A DNA stretch of 64,000 nt from Lepidodermella squamata. Lineage: Eukaryota; Animalia; Gastrotricha. A program made the translations under genes and the position numbers. Position 1 is the first letter of the stretch; every line of letters begins with the position of its first letter. Shown here piece by piece: positions 12,490 to 24,295 of this stretch. The stretch is from positions 992,001-1,056,000 of the forward strand of contig JBLDXI010000030.1 of NCBI GenBank assembly GCA_047495785.1, written 5' to 3'. Below the pieces are notes generated by a model that was not told the DNA's origin, searched no databases, and worked only from the letters and a program-made list of their open reading frames with translations.

Positions 12490-12740
12490 AATCGTTGTTT
12501 CAATTGCTATGAAATACGTCGTGGGCATGTTGCTGACTGTCTACATGCTGATCGCATGCAATGTTGCGCAAAATAGTGCAAGTTTAATCGAAATATTCGG
12601 ACAGAAACTGACATGGGTTCGGCTTGCCGATGTCATCATTAGAATCATCATAGTCGCATCCCTTAGTATAGCCGACATTGTTCTCTCCTCTCTAATGACG
12701 GCTTGAGCAACGAAAATCGGATCACAACTAAACAACAAAC
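12490..12740 (+). pseudogene. Inverted copy of the 3' end (M3-M4 plus 3' flank) of an A4-like gene
   Basis: MKYVVGMLLTVYMLIACN...SLMTA nearly identical to the A4 C-terminus, on the opposite strand; flank gcaacgaaaatcggatcacaactaaac also matches. Confidence 0.85.
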
Positions 12741-14095
12741 AACAAACAGCATGAAAGTACTGCCAAATGAGGTCTCTTACGTCGCAACTCGAACGAAATT
12801 TCGACAACTCCAAAATCAGCGGTTCGGTAAGATGAAAAAAGCTGCTCATCATTTGGTGTCTACACCTAACTTTCAACTAAATTACAAATATTCCCCATAC
12901 ACGTCCAATTTATTTGAAAAAGTCAACTTTGCAAACAACACAATAAGAAATTGTAGGTAGATTTCTTTTTAAAATAGCATTCAAGATGTCATTAACGAGA
13001 AAAGAGCAACATCAGCCACTCCCAACGAGACAACGGTTATAATGCCGATGATGAAATCAGCCAGGCGAACTTTGCTCACTTTTCTGCCGAATATTTCTAT
13101 TGGATTTCCCGACTGCTGCGCGATATTGCACGCTATCAACATGTAGACAGTGAGCAGCATACCCACGACGTATTTCATAGCAATGGAAACCACGATGTAG
13201 ATTATTTCGGATGTATCCGGGATTTGAGTCGAAAGTACACCAAGCGTGACTGAATTTGCTAAAACAACCGTCATGCTGAATGACGGCCGATCCGGCATTT
13301 CTGGCGGCATGATCAAAGACGACAGTTGAGTTAGGAACAAACCATAGGTCGGGATGAAAATATTGTAAACGTAATGGGTTTGCTTTCGCCTGAATTTGAG
13401 ATTCAAGCCGATTAAGATAACAGTATACATGTCGTTGGAATGATCTCTTTGTGTTAGATTTGAAACTCTAAAGCTATTGGCAACAGCAGCAGCAAAGCTG
13501 CCGCAGTAGCGCCGGGGGGAACCTTTGAGACTGATGAGAACAATGATGGTAGTTCTACCTGTAAACTATCGGGTTAGGCCTGTATCGAGCCTGCTGTAAT
13601 CTCTATGCATGCCAAGACCAAGATTCACAGCAACCTTTCCATAACCTCACGCAACGGCACCACTTAGCGAACGGCGTTACCTCCCAAGCTTATCTAATAG
13701 CGGCGTTGAATGCGCCACACAAACTCGCCTGGCAAGCGACAGCAGTGCTCGAGGGCCGAGACTCTGGCGTAGTAGTTGTAGGACGGACTCTCAAGATGGC
13801 GTCCTGCGCCGTTCCAAAGGTGCTGGGTAAACGGAGGAGACCAGTTGTGCACAATATGTACAAAAGAGGTGACACCCCTAGCACCATGCATACCGTACAT
13901 ATGTATCTTCGTTCTAAGTCGCGACTACGGTAGAAACTACGGTAAAACACTGCGGCGCGATAGTTTTTCAGCACGGCACCATAGTTTTCACTAGTAGGCT
14001 TTCTTCTCGAAATGAAACTTTCCAGAAACTGTCTTGTTTGAAACGAACGCAAAAACCGCTCAGGGGCACCTTCAAAAGACTAGCATGTCCGAAAC

Positions 14096-14165
14096 TGCAT
14101 GATAGCTCAGTTGATAGGGGGCCTGTCTTCCAGGGTTCAATTGAGGGTTCAAATCTCATCTGCTA
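14096..14165 (+). other. tRNA-like module inside the Helitron-like element (also about 50633-50702 and 52192-52260, minus strand)
   Basis: GATAGCTCAGTTGATAGG (A-box/D-arm like) and GAGGGTTCAAATCTC (B-box/T-arm like). Confidence 0.55.
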
Positions 14166-14523
14166 TCTGCTAATATCTGAGTTGTTGAAAGCCATAGACG
14201 AGTCAAAGTGTATGCTAAATTGAACCAAGCGCTGGCTAACGGAAAACTCAGCGGTACTGGGAGTTGAAGAGGCTCAGTTCCTGGAAGATAGTGAAGTACG
14301 ACCGCGGAACTGGTAGCGACGATCCCTACCACCCCTAGCGGTAGTTCACCGCTGAGTGAAGTGTCTGTTTCCTCGCTCGTAGAAAATAGGGCTTATAATG
14401 CCTCTAACACGGGAGTCATAGAGAACTGAATGATCTATGCAGGGAGTTATGAAAGTCTCAAGGCGATACGCGGCGGCTACCATGCACCGGAGAACGGATA
14501 ACTCGGCGGTTCTGGGAGTTGTA

Positions 14524-15130
14524 CCGTGTTTTTCATGTGTTGTACCGCTCATCGTGCGCGTATACAGCGCGCGTACGACAAATCGCTGAAATACAAAATA
14601 CAACGCGAAAATCGGCTTTCTTTGATATTCGTAACCGGGCGCGCAGCTCAGTTTTGGGACCGGGCGCCGTTGACCAATCGAAGTGCACACAAAATTTACG
14701 CTCAATTCCAGCGCGCGCGCGCAAGCCGAAAGATGCGTAGATCGACGCGCCTTATCACCGATTACCATGCCCGTAAGCCCTTGTGACTAATACCACTGGA
14801 CTCGACACGCACTAAAACTAATAGTAACCTAAGTCAACGAGGCCACGTCCCAAAACTGAGCTGCGCGCCCGGTTACGAATATCAAAGAAAGCCGATTTTG
14901 CGTTGTATTATTTTGTATTTCAGCGATTTGTCGTACGCGCGCTGTAGGCTCTCTCGTACACGCACGATGAAAATCATGAAAAACACGGATACTGTGTGTT
15001 GTACGACGAAAACTGCATCGTACGTACAACTTTTCTGTCGTACGTACGACGCACTTACGACGCGCTGAAATACAGAATACGACGAAAAGTGTGCGCGCAC
15101 CATCGTACGTACAACACATGAAAAACACGG
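14524..15130. mobile_element. Foldback MITE nested in Helitron-like copy 1
   Basis: TIR ccgtgtttttcatgtgttgtac / gtacaacacatgaaaaacacgg, long internal inverted arms, TA at both flanks; absent at the homologous site near 51720. Confidence 0.8.
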
Positions 15131-16274
15131 CTAGAGACTCAGTTCGTCGCAGATCAAATTCGGACGCATCAAACTGCCGGTGATAGCAGCCCAAGAGCCT
15201 AAGAGCAACAGATTCGGTCAACGGCGTAATGAGTTTCACCAACTGATCGAGTGACCTATGCTGATCGACAGACAGCGCAAGGACGCCGCCATCCCCGAGC
15301 TTCATAGGACAGGCCGAACGCTTCGGCCAGTACCCTTAAAGACTCCTGAGTAGTTGCCACGCTTCATGTTTGGCTGTTAGAGCGTCTACCTTCTACAAAA
15401 AGAAGGTTAGTAATATCGCATCTCAAAATGGGGCGCCAGGATCGAGGTAATGAAATGACCGCTCGTGAGACGGTCTCCAATCTACCACCAACTTCGTCAC
15501 GTAGCTTGCTCCGAGTACGATACGGCTGTAATGTAAAGGGTGGTTAACTAGTTTTAGATGAAAAAGCCAAAACTGGATAATCAATGGAGAATAATGAATA
15601 GTTCACACTGGCGGCACTGGTGGTGTCTTCTGCCAAATTGTCGCTCAAGCGTATGTTGGATTTTCACTGCCGTTTGCCGAGTTGTCGTTTTCGATCGAAT
15701 AAAACAAATAATGTCGAATTGGGCACACAGCAGTTCAATGGATAGCTGTCTGCTGGGCAATAAGCGTCAAGATCGATGAGCATGACTTCGATCCCCACCC
15801 GGGTCGACCACGATTTATCAATGACGCCCTGCCCCAACGGTGGCGGACCACTTCATCGTGTTACAAAAGGGAAAGTGGTAGATTGGGAATGTCAGCAAGA
15901 CTGCACCAATCGCTACCTATCTGTTCTCAAGAGACCTCAACAAGCGACCCTAAGAGCGCTCATTCGGGACCCATGGCCTCGGCCCATCCATTCAACGAAT
16001 GGGACGTCTCAAAAATCACAAAGAACTTTCATTTCATTTTTTGTCGAATTGCTGAATTGTCGTTGCTCAATTGTCATATAACCACGCAAGAATATCAGCA
16101 ATCGCATTTAGACCCAAAAGCCAAAACTATTTGATATAACTAACAGCGTGCGCGAATGGCGAGCATAGACTGTGCGCACACTGGCGACATCACTGGCGAC
16201 ATACAAACAAACAAACAACTTGTCAACTCACAAACGGTGACAGTATGGGGGTTCCCCCCGGCATATCCATCCAG

Positions 16275-19200
16275 TAAAAAACCATGCTAGGACATTAATT
16301 TGGTTGATTTTGGCAGCTCTGCGCTGAGCATGAATGGTTCAAGTCGGTTTGAATCACTACCCTTTGAAATTCCCCTCCAAGCCATCTTGGAGGGGAACGT
16401 TGTTCGCCCCTCCCCAATCTTTTATATTCTCTCGACAATTGCAGCCACAGGGGTTGATGCCTCAATAAATCTATCATGACCCGGTTAACGGCGGCGGCGC
16501 ACACCGTGATTACCCTCAATAATATGTTTATTCTGCATAATTAACGACTTGCATTTTATTACCTGGAATTAAGCTAAAACCAGGGGATCGGACTTGGGCC
16601 TATGAGTTGATTTGAACCGTGATAAAAATTGTTTTCTAATTTCAAATTCCAGCAAAATTTCACGTCGTCACATAAAAAGACATTTTCAAATCAAAAATCA
16701 TTTTTTTGTCAATTTTTTGTCTAAATTTGACAAATAACTGCTTCCAAGATGTAGAAAGTATTTCAAGCTATCGAATGATATACGATACATATGTGAAACT
16801 TGTTTGCATGTAGAGGCGCGGCTCCGATCAAATTTTGACCTTAATAAAGGGTGTGATGCCCACATGGTGCGGCTTATGAACATGGGGCATATACCATTCG
16901 ATAGGCCGCCTCGAGTTACCTATTTGTTAAGAAAATTCGTCAATACAATTTCCAGATAAAAATGACCCGGAATTGGTAAAGCAAAATTTCAAAATTTACT
17001 TGGTCTATTTTTTATCTCAAATTATACCGCGAGCCTTATTGGTAAAAAACCATGAGGGTATTGACATGCGGTTTTCACCATAAAATAGCCCGCAAAATGT
17101 TGTAGTAGACATGGCTATTATATTACGCCGGGACGCTTCTACACCGTCGCGAAAAAATTCACAAAAATTTCGTAATTCTTAAGTTTTAAGGTGGGTCGAA
17201 ACAAATTATACCGCGCTTCATAGGCAGAAAACTATGAGGGCTACGACGATGGGCATGAATGCACGACGATAGTTTCGTTCGATTCCTCGCATTTTTCTGC
17301 ACATGATAGTTGCAACTAACTTTTGCGCACAAATATTGCATACCTAAAAATGCAAGAAAGCCTAACTGCGTGAGTGCGCACACTAAAAATATGGACAACC
17401 AAGTTTTACCGCGCAGCGAATAACACCATAACTACGGCGGCCACAACGACCAGCCTGGTCTCAAAATTCTTAGCTAAATATGCTCTACGCGTTAGAATCA
17501 TTAATATATCAGCGCAAATTCGGTGAATGAAAAAATGCGAGTGCAAAGTTGGTCAACAAAATTATGAAAATTTGACTTGACAAAGGGTGTGGCGTCAAAT
17601 GGGTGCGTCCTGTGAATGTAGGGCTTGGACCAGTTCAAGGCGCGCCTTGAGTTACCTATTTCTCATGAATATTCGTAATTGAAGTCGCAGTTAAATTACA
17701 CCCAGAATTAAATAATCGAAATTAGAAAATTTACTCGCTTTGTTTTTTATCTCATATTATACCGCGTGGCCTATTGGCAAAAAACTGTGATAGGTGTTGG
17801 CATGCGGTTTTCATCTCTCGAAAGCCCGTCATATTCTGTACTTGACATGGTTATTTTATTAAACCGGGACTATTCCTAATCGTCGTGAAATGATTCTCAA
17901 AAACGTCGAAATTTCGAAATTTTAAGGTGGATCGGCCGCGCCTCCTATAGGCAAAAAACTATGAGGGCTACGACGATGGGCCTAGTGTCGTTCGATTCGT
18001 CTTGAAATTCTACGGCGACCAGTGTTATTTTGATATGCGCACAGAACTGCTGCATGTGTCCAAAATTTGACAGAAATCCCCTCTCAGTGAGCGCGTGAGT
18101 GCGGCCGGCGCGCTAAAAATAGGCTGAAAAACGCGATTTACCGCGTCTCTTATAGCTCCGCAACCACGAGGGCTACAATGACGCGGCTGGTCTCTAAAAA
18201 TTCAACGCAAAATTTGCTACATTCTACGTGCTTTCAAACATGAGCGCTACCAGCTTGAGCTGTCAAAAAAATTGACGAAAGTCAAACAAATTGAAATTTT
18301 TAATTTCACTAATAATTTCACTAAAAATCAACCGAGCGCTAAACGCTATAGTCAAAGGTAATATTGCGAATCCCGTAGCGGTTTTGGTACCACGAGAAAA
18401 TCACAAAATATATCAAAATTTCAAAATTTTCCAGTTTTAAGGTGGATCAAAGCAAGTTGAACCGCGCCTCCTATAGACAAAAAACTATGCGTGCTATGGC
18501 CATGGGCGTAGTCTCGTTCGATTCCTCGCATTTTTCTGCATAGGATCGCTTCAATTAATTTTGCCCACAATTATTGCATGCTGGTCAAAAATGCCAAAAA
18601 TTGAGTCCGCACACTAAAAATATGGTCATATACCCAGTATTACCGCGCGATAATTAGCGCCATAAATACGAGGGCTACAACGACGAGGCTGTTCTCAAAA
18701 TGACCAGCCGACCATGCTCTAAGCGCTAGAATCATTTAAATGTCAGCGCGTATTGACTAAGCCATCGAAATGAGAGTGCAAAGTTGGTCAACAAAGTTTT
18801 AAAAAATTGACTTTGACATGGGCGTGGCGTCAGATGGGTGCGGCCTATGAACGTAAGGAATGTGCCATGAAGTAGGGCGCCTCGAATAACCTATGTCTCA
18901 TGAAAATTCGTCACTGGAGTCGCAGTTAAATATGACCCGGAATTGTGAAAGCGAAATTGTGAAGTTTACCATGTTTGTTTTTTATCTCACATTTTTACCG
19001 CGTGGCTTATTGGCAAAAAACGGTCGGAGGTATTGACATGCGGTTAGAACCATTGAATAGCCTGTAAAATTTTGCATTAGCAACAGTAATAAAATAACGC
19101 CAGGACATTTCCAGAACGTCGCGAGAAAATTCACAAAAACATCAAAATTTCGAAATTTTGAAATTTTAAGGTGGATCGGCCGCGCCTCATATAGACAAAA

Positions 19201-20952
19201 AACTATGAGGGCTACGACGATGGGCCTAGTGTCGTTCGATTCGTCTTGAAATTCTACGTCGACCTATGCAATGTGTATGTGCGCACAAAACTGCTAAGCG
19301 TGTCGAAAATTTGACAGAAATCGACTCTGAGTGAGTGTGTGAGCGCCGCCGCGCACTAAAAATGGGTTGAAAAATGCGATTTACCGCGCCTCGTCTGACT
19401 CAACAACCATGAGGGCTGTGATAACGAGGTTGGTCTCTAAAAATTCAGAGCAAAATTTGCTACATTCTAGGTGCATTCAAATATGAGCGCTACCAGGTTG
19501 GGCCGTCAAAATAATTGACCAAAGTCGAAATAATTAAAAATTTCATTTTCACTAAAAATCAATCGCGCGGCAAACGCTATATTCAGAGGAAATCTTGCGA
19601 ATCTTGCGGCGGTTTTGGTACCAAAAAATCGGCCGTCCTTTCTAGTATCTAAAAATCCGACTTTGTCACGACAAATTATGCACCTATAAGGGTGTCACCC
19701 GCGCCTTGAAAATTTCACTCACCGTCAGTGAGGGCCACTTTTTCATGTGCGCGCAACTTGTAAATTCGATATAAAATCAACCGTTGATCGTATCAATATA
19801 AAGTTTATACCGTTCGATGCAGAATTTTTCGTAGAATGTCACTGATGCAGCCCTCCCCCCGGGGAGGGCCGCCAAACTGGTTTTAAATTGAAATTTCGAA
19901 GAGACGCACCGCAACGACCCGGCTCTCGCGTGTGAGGTAATTAACCTCGGTCATGAGGGTGCCGGTAACCGTGACCCAGACGGCGGCGTAAGCAGCTCAT
20001 GAATATTAATGAGCAGTTCTCCATTTTTTTATGAATAAAAAATCGCCAAAAATCAGCCGTATGGTGAAACTTGCAAAAAAAAGTTTGTCCATAAGTTCGA
20101 AAAAAGATCTATCAACGACTTATTTTTCCATATTTTTATCGTTAAAATTCGTTTCCCTAGCTTTGTTTTTCGTCCAGCGCAAAACGCCTCTACCATTGTC
20201 GCCTCGACCGGCGAAGTTGAGAGAGAGGCGCTGGACCTCCGGTTCAGGCTGCGGCTCCGCCGCTAGGGGAACCCTATCGGGTTGGTTCGCGCAATCATCT
20301 AGAAAAACGGGGCACCAGCTGCCGGTTGCCGCAAAAATTTTCAAAATCGGATTCTTTTTGGTGAAGTTATAGATGAAATAAGATCGGCCGGTTTTTATTT
20401 CCCCCACCCTCCAAACCGGGGTTGAATATCATGTTTTTTAAGAAAGATAACTGATGCCTCCCTCCCCCGGGGGAGGGAGGCAGCTGGTAATTCATAAAAA
20501 GTTTTTAACGGCATATAAAAAGTTTCGAGCGCCACTACCTGTTGCGCTCCTAGCGCTGCCACAGAGCGCGTGAGTTAACAATAGAGCGCCGGCGATTACG
20601 CAAGAGGTGTCGTGTGCGCGCGCGACCGACGCGCGCGCGGCGGTGGTGGCGTACGGCACCGGTGACCTAGCGCCGTTAGGTCAAGTTGTTGCGTAATCGG
20701 TAAAGCGATTTTTTCGTTTTTAATTTGTTAAAAATCAGGAATAATTGCGATTATGGTGGAAAGTTTTTACATGAGACTTAAAAAGCTCGCCGATTTTTCA
20801 GTATTTTTTTCATATTTATAACTGAAATATTCGTTTCCCTATGCGAAAAATGTGGTACCGCCATATACCTCATACGCTTGGCAGCGATAGCTAAAGCGCC
20901 ATGCGGCATTTTGTATTGGGGACTCCGTCCCTGTGGGACCTTTGGTGCGCAA
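16275..20952. mobile_element. Unclassified 4.7-kb non-coding insertion with 8-bp TSD and internal tandem repeats
   Basis: CCATCCAG at 16267-16274 and 20953-20960 (single copy in paralog A10); no TIRs and no convincing ORF. Confidence 0.8.
16840..19630. repeat. Degenerate tandem array of about 180-200-bp units with an about 1.24-1.25-kb higher-order period
   Basis: Recurring accgcg...ta(t/a)...caaaaaact and gagggctac motifs; tttaaggtgg near 17185, 17921, 18436, 19164. Confidence 0.75.
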
Positions 20953-22041
20953 CCATCCAGGAGCCAAACATCGTTGTCCTCCAGGAAATCCTGTTGCACG
21001 ATGATTGGATTAACGAAGAATTCAGCTAGTTCGCCCTTATCGACAGGCCAGAATGCGAACGCGCATTCAAATGTGTCAAAGGGAAATGTTGCGAAAGACG
21101 TCGTGCAAAGGGCTGTTAATGTTCCTGGGGCAAAAAATGAACCAAGCAGCTTCTTTTCACTACTCAGCATGACGTAAGCCGATTTCGCCAGGCTGAAATT
21201 ATAAGAAAAAAATAAACGACAGTCCAAATAAAGATAGCGATTACCTGTCAAACGGGAAGTTATCAGATTCGCCATTTTCGTGGGTTATGCGTGGATGCCA
21301 AACGGGGCTATCGTCAGGCTTGTCGAGCGGTAACGGGAAATTGACGGCCATATTGTCGTTTTCACACGCATTCCTGGACACACTGCTTGCTAATTTTGAA
21401 CAATCGATAGATTGATTGCACGCATATGGCCATTCGAAAGTGAAAATGCCAGCAATACTCAAGCTAGGAAAGTTTAGGATGGATCAAATTTGAAACAAAT
21501 GCAAACACTTACGTTTTATCTTTGTCAACAATTTCGACAAAACGAAGTAGTCTTGCTCGCATCGATACCGATAGCTTTTTGCCACAGCTTGTCCTACTAT
21601 CCACTGGCAAATTAGGCGATGTCACATCAGGGTAGGCTTCAATTATGTCTCTTCTTATAGTTTCAGCATCAGAAATTCCTCGAGTTTCAGGGATAGTGCA
21701 GGCAAAGAAGATGAGAAGAGCTGATTCGGCTTGCATTGAATCGAAGTGAAATTGAAAGCCGCACTGTCGAGCAGATTTCCATCGATAAAACAGCTGAGTA
21801 TTATAAATGTGTTATAAATGTAGGTAAATACTAGGGGTTATACATGTTTGCAGATAGAACCCAATATACTCTCGAAAATTGATTTCGATCCGCGTTAATT
21901 AGTAGCCGGAAGCCGGAGAAATTTCAATAGGGACCTGCAGAAAAACATGAATCATGCGATTTTACAAGAGTTTTACTGTAAAACACACTTTATTTCATCA
22001 CAGGGAACTAAATAATTCTATAGAAATTTGGATAACTCGGT

Positions 22042-23252
22042 TCATAGTTGAGCCGCCATTAATATGCAGAGGACAATTTCGGCGAGACACGTCGAAGTGA
22101 TGAAAAAAACAACCAACAACCAAGATGAGATAAAAAAAATCGAATTTTTGCTATTTTCCTCGAAAAAAACTACCAGAATTCGTTGATCCGTGCGCTGTGC
22201 GTAGTTTGAAACCGCCAGCAAGTAGCAAGTTATAACCATGCCTATTACGTACTTCATAGCAACTTCAGCAACGAGGTAAATAACTTCCGAGGTCGATGGA
22301 ACCTGACCTGCCAGTCAAGGGTGACAGAGTTAGCCAGAACAATTGTCATGCTGAAAGATGGCCGATCATTCAGCCGATATCGGGCGGCATATTCAGGCAA
22401 AAAAGTTGCGTGGCGAAAAAGCCGTAGCTCGACACAAAAATCGTTGCAACATAGTAACCCGCCTTCCGGCGAAAGCTTATCATCAGGCTGATTTCATACT
22501 GTGCGGTGTTGTTCCCATATAACCCAGCAAATTTATAAAAAATTACATTATCTGCTCCGATGTGTTGTAGTAGCCATATTTCACTTTCAGGCAAAAATAG
22601 ATTTATTGGCGTGAATTCAAGTAATTCCTAATTCATATTTGGACGCGTCGACAGTCGACAGTGTCGACCGGCCAAAAAGTCAAAGGACAATTTAAATCGA
22701 ATAGGAATTTTGCGAAAGAAGTGTCGCAGATTGATGTTATGTTACCAAATGCTTTCAAGCTTCAATAAAATTTTCCTTCAGCCGTCAAGCCAGCCTTCGC
22801 ATGCCCTGTCATCCTAGAGAGAAAATTGACCAAATAAAATATTAACAATAAATGTTGATAGATTACGATTCAAACGGAAAATTGGTGGCGAATTCATTTT
22901 CGTGGGAAACCACCGGGTACCATATCGTTAGCGGATTGCGGGTTACATCCGTTTCAACGTCACGGGTGACAAGAAAAAAGCGGCTTTTTAAACGTGGATG
23001 AAGAGACAAAAGCAAAAGACTTTTTACTTGTCACCTATCACCTTAAATTGAAAGTAAACAAGCCCAAATCCGAGTTATTCAACGTCGCTAACGATATCGG
23101 TTTTTCATCCGGTTCCGCGATTGGGAAAAGAAACTACAGTCGGATTATTCTGGCAGGCATTGCGTGAAATTTCAGTATTTAGACTCGAGCAATTGATTGT
23201 CTGTCCGCAGTTGTAGAGCCAATCGAAGCGGAAAACTCCCCTCAGGCACATC
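22042..23252 (-). pseudogene. pLGIC pseudogene A7 (paralog of A11); exon 1 missing, several frameshifts
   Basis: Exon 2 and 3 homology to 32362-33377, with indels, a lost stop codon and a MITE in exon 2. Confidence 0.88.
22926..23093. mobile_element. 168-bp MITE in exon 2 of A7
   Basis: TIR CGTTAGCG / CGCTAACG flanked by an ATAT duplication; absent from paralogs. Confidence 0.75.
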
Positions 23253-24295
23253 CTTCAGATCCTCGAGCCAGGTGGTATTTTGTGCTCCAAATTGTAAAAG
23301 TTCCCCCTGTGGATTTTTTCGGACCCCCCTGGGCAAATACGAAATGTGCGTACAGCACCCCCTATTCGCTGCGGTACTTCGATCTGGATTCCTGATTTCC
23401 TCAATGACTGAGACAGCGGAAGGAAGCAAATATTATGCAAAAGCAAGAAGTGTAAGGCACTCACTAGAGGTGTACAGCAAGCTTTTATTTGTTTTTTTAT
23501 TTATGTTGATTCTGATACTTTACATGCTGTACATATACGGTGAGACCTTGCAAAATCTGTCTCTAGGGTTTCGGTAGTTAGACACTGTCTAACTGCCGAC
23601 AACCCTTATCTCGCATTATTTGACCAACATTTTTGCTGAAAATCGTCTCAGATCGCATCAAACAGGGTCTGGTTAAGGCTATCGGGATGGTCTGCCTGAA
23701 AAGCTAGGGTTGGTGGCACAACTGAAAAGTCTCGAATGCCACGAGTGGCATATATATGACTTATATATGACTTACTGCCATATATAAGAGTGGCATATAT
23801 ATGACACTCTTAGTTTGCGAACCGCTTTGCCAGATCATGGCCAGTCGATGAGAGCAAGCGGTCGCGCTTTCAAAGTGTGTATGTCTTGAGACCCCTGTCG
23901 CGCTTCCGCTTGCTAGATTCAACAATTTCATTTTCAAAAAATACTGAAGTTTACAGAAAGATCGCAATACAGCCTCTGTATCCTCTGAATAGACTATAGA
24001 CTGTATCCTTTCGAAAAATTGGTTTGATGTTTGTGTTGCTTGGTAGCCGGTAGTTGGAGTAATTTCAATATTTATTTATTAATTTATTGAATGTGCGTGA
24101 TATCCAAGAAGGAAGCTCGATAATTAAAACGAAAGTGCAGCCGCAGCCGAATAGTCAGAGTGCCAGGATAGTATCAGTTCCGTTCAATATGAAGCAGCAT
24201 GAATCATTTTATTTTGCGATAGTTTTACTGTTCACTGTGTAACACTTTTTATTACGGATCTTAGAATACATCTTTCAGGGAATTGGAATTCAAAA

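Larger units (their letters stand above)
13477..16263 (-). mobile_element. Non-autonomous Helitron-like element, copy 1
   Basis: Termini 5'-TGCCGGGGGGAACC...GGTTCCCCCCGGC-hairpin-GTTGCCAA-3'; inserted at A|T with no TSD; (TTTG)n near the 5' end; homologous to 48599-53265. Confidence 0.75.
12981..21736 (-). pseudogene. pLGIC subunit A6, exon 3 split by two insertions; exons 21736-21513, 21463-21245, then 21192-20953 + 16266-16264 + 13476-12981
   Basis: Removing both insertions and one TSD copy gives 240+3+496 = 739 nt, the exon 3 length of paralog A10, reading WLLDGYSFRVSN across the junction. Confidence 0.9.

Noticed and set aside
14096-14165. Functional tRNA gene
   Set aside because: Acceptor and anticodon arms do not fold convincingly and the copies are embedded in a repeat.
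13477-16263. DIRS/tyrosine-recombinase element or 3-bp AAT TSD interpretation of the repeat family
   Set aside because: The copy 1 flank is TAT rather than AAT; all three sites fit A|T insertion without TSD, and the asymmetric IR plus hairpin fit a rolling-circle element better.
13690-16520. Short ORFs in this repeat and their matches at 49.6-52.6 kb
   Set aside because: Overlapping, not conserved in frame between copies and without recognisable domains; they lie inside non-coding repeats.
16840-19630. CRISPR-like array
   Set aside because: Units are long and degenerate, spacers are mutually homologous, there are no cas genes and the context is eukaryotic.
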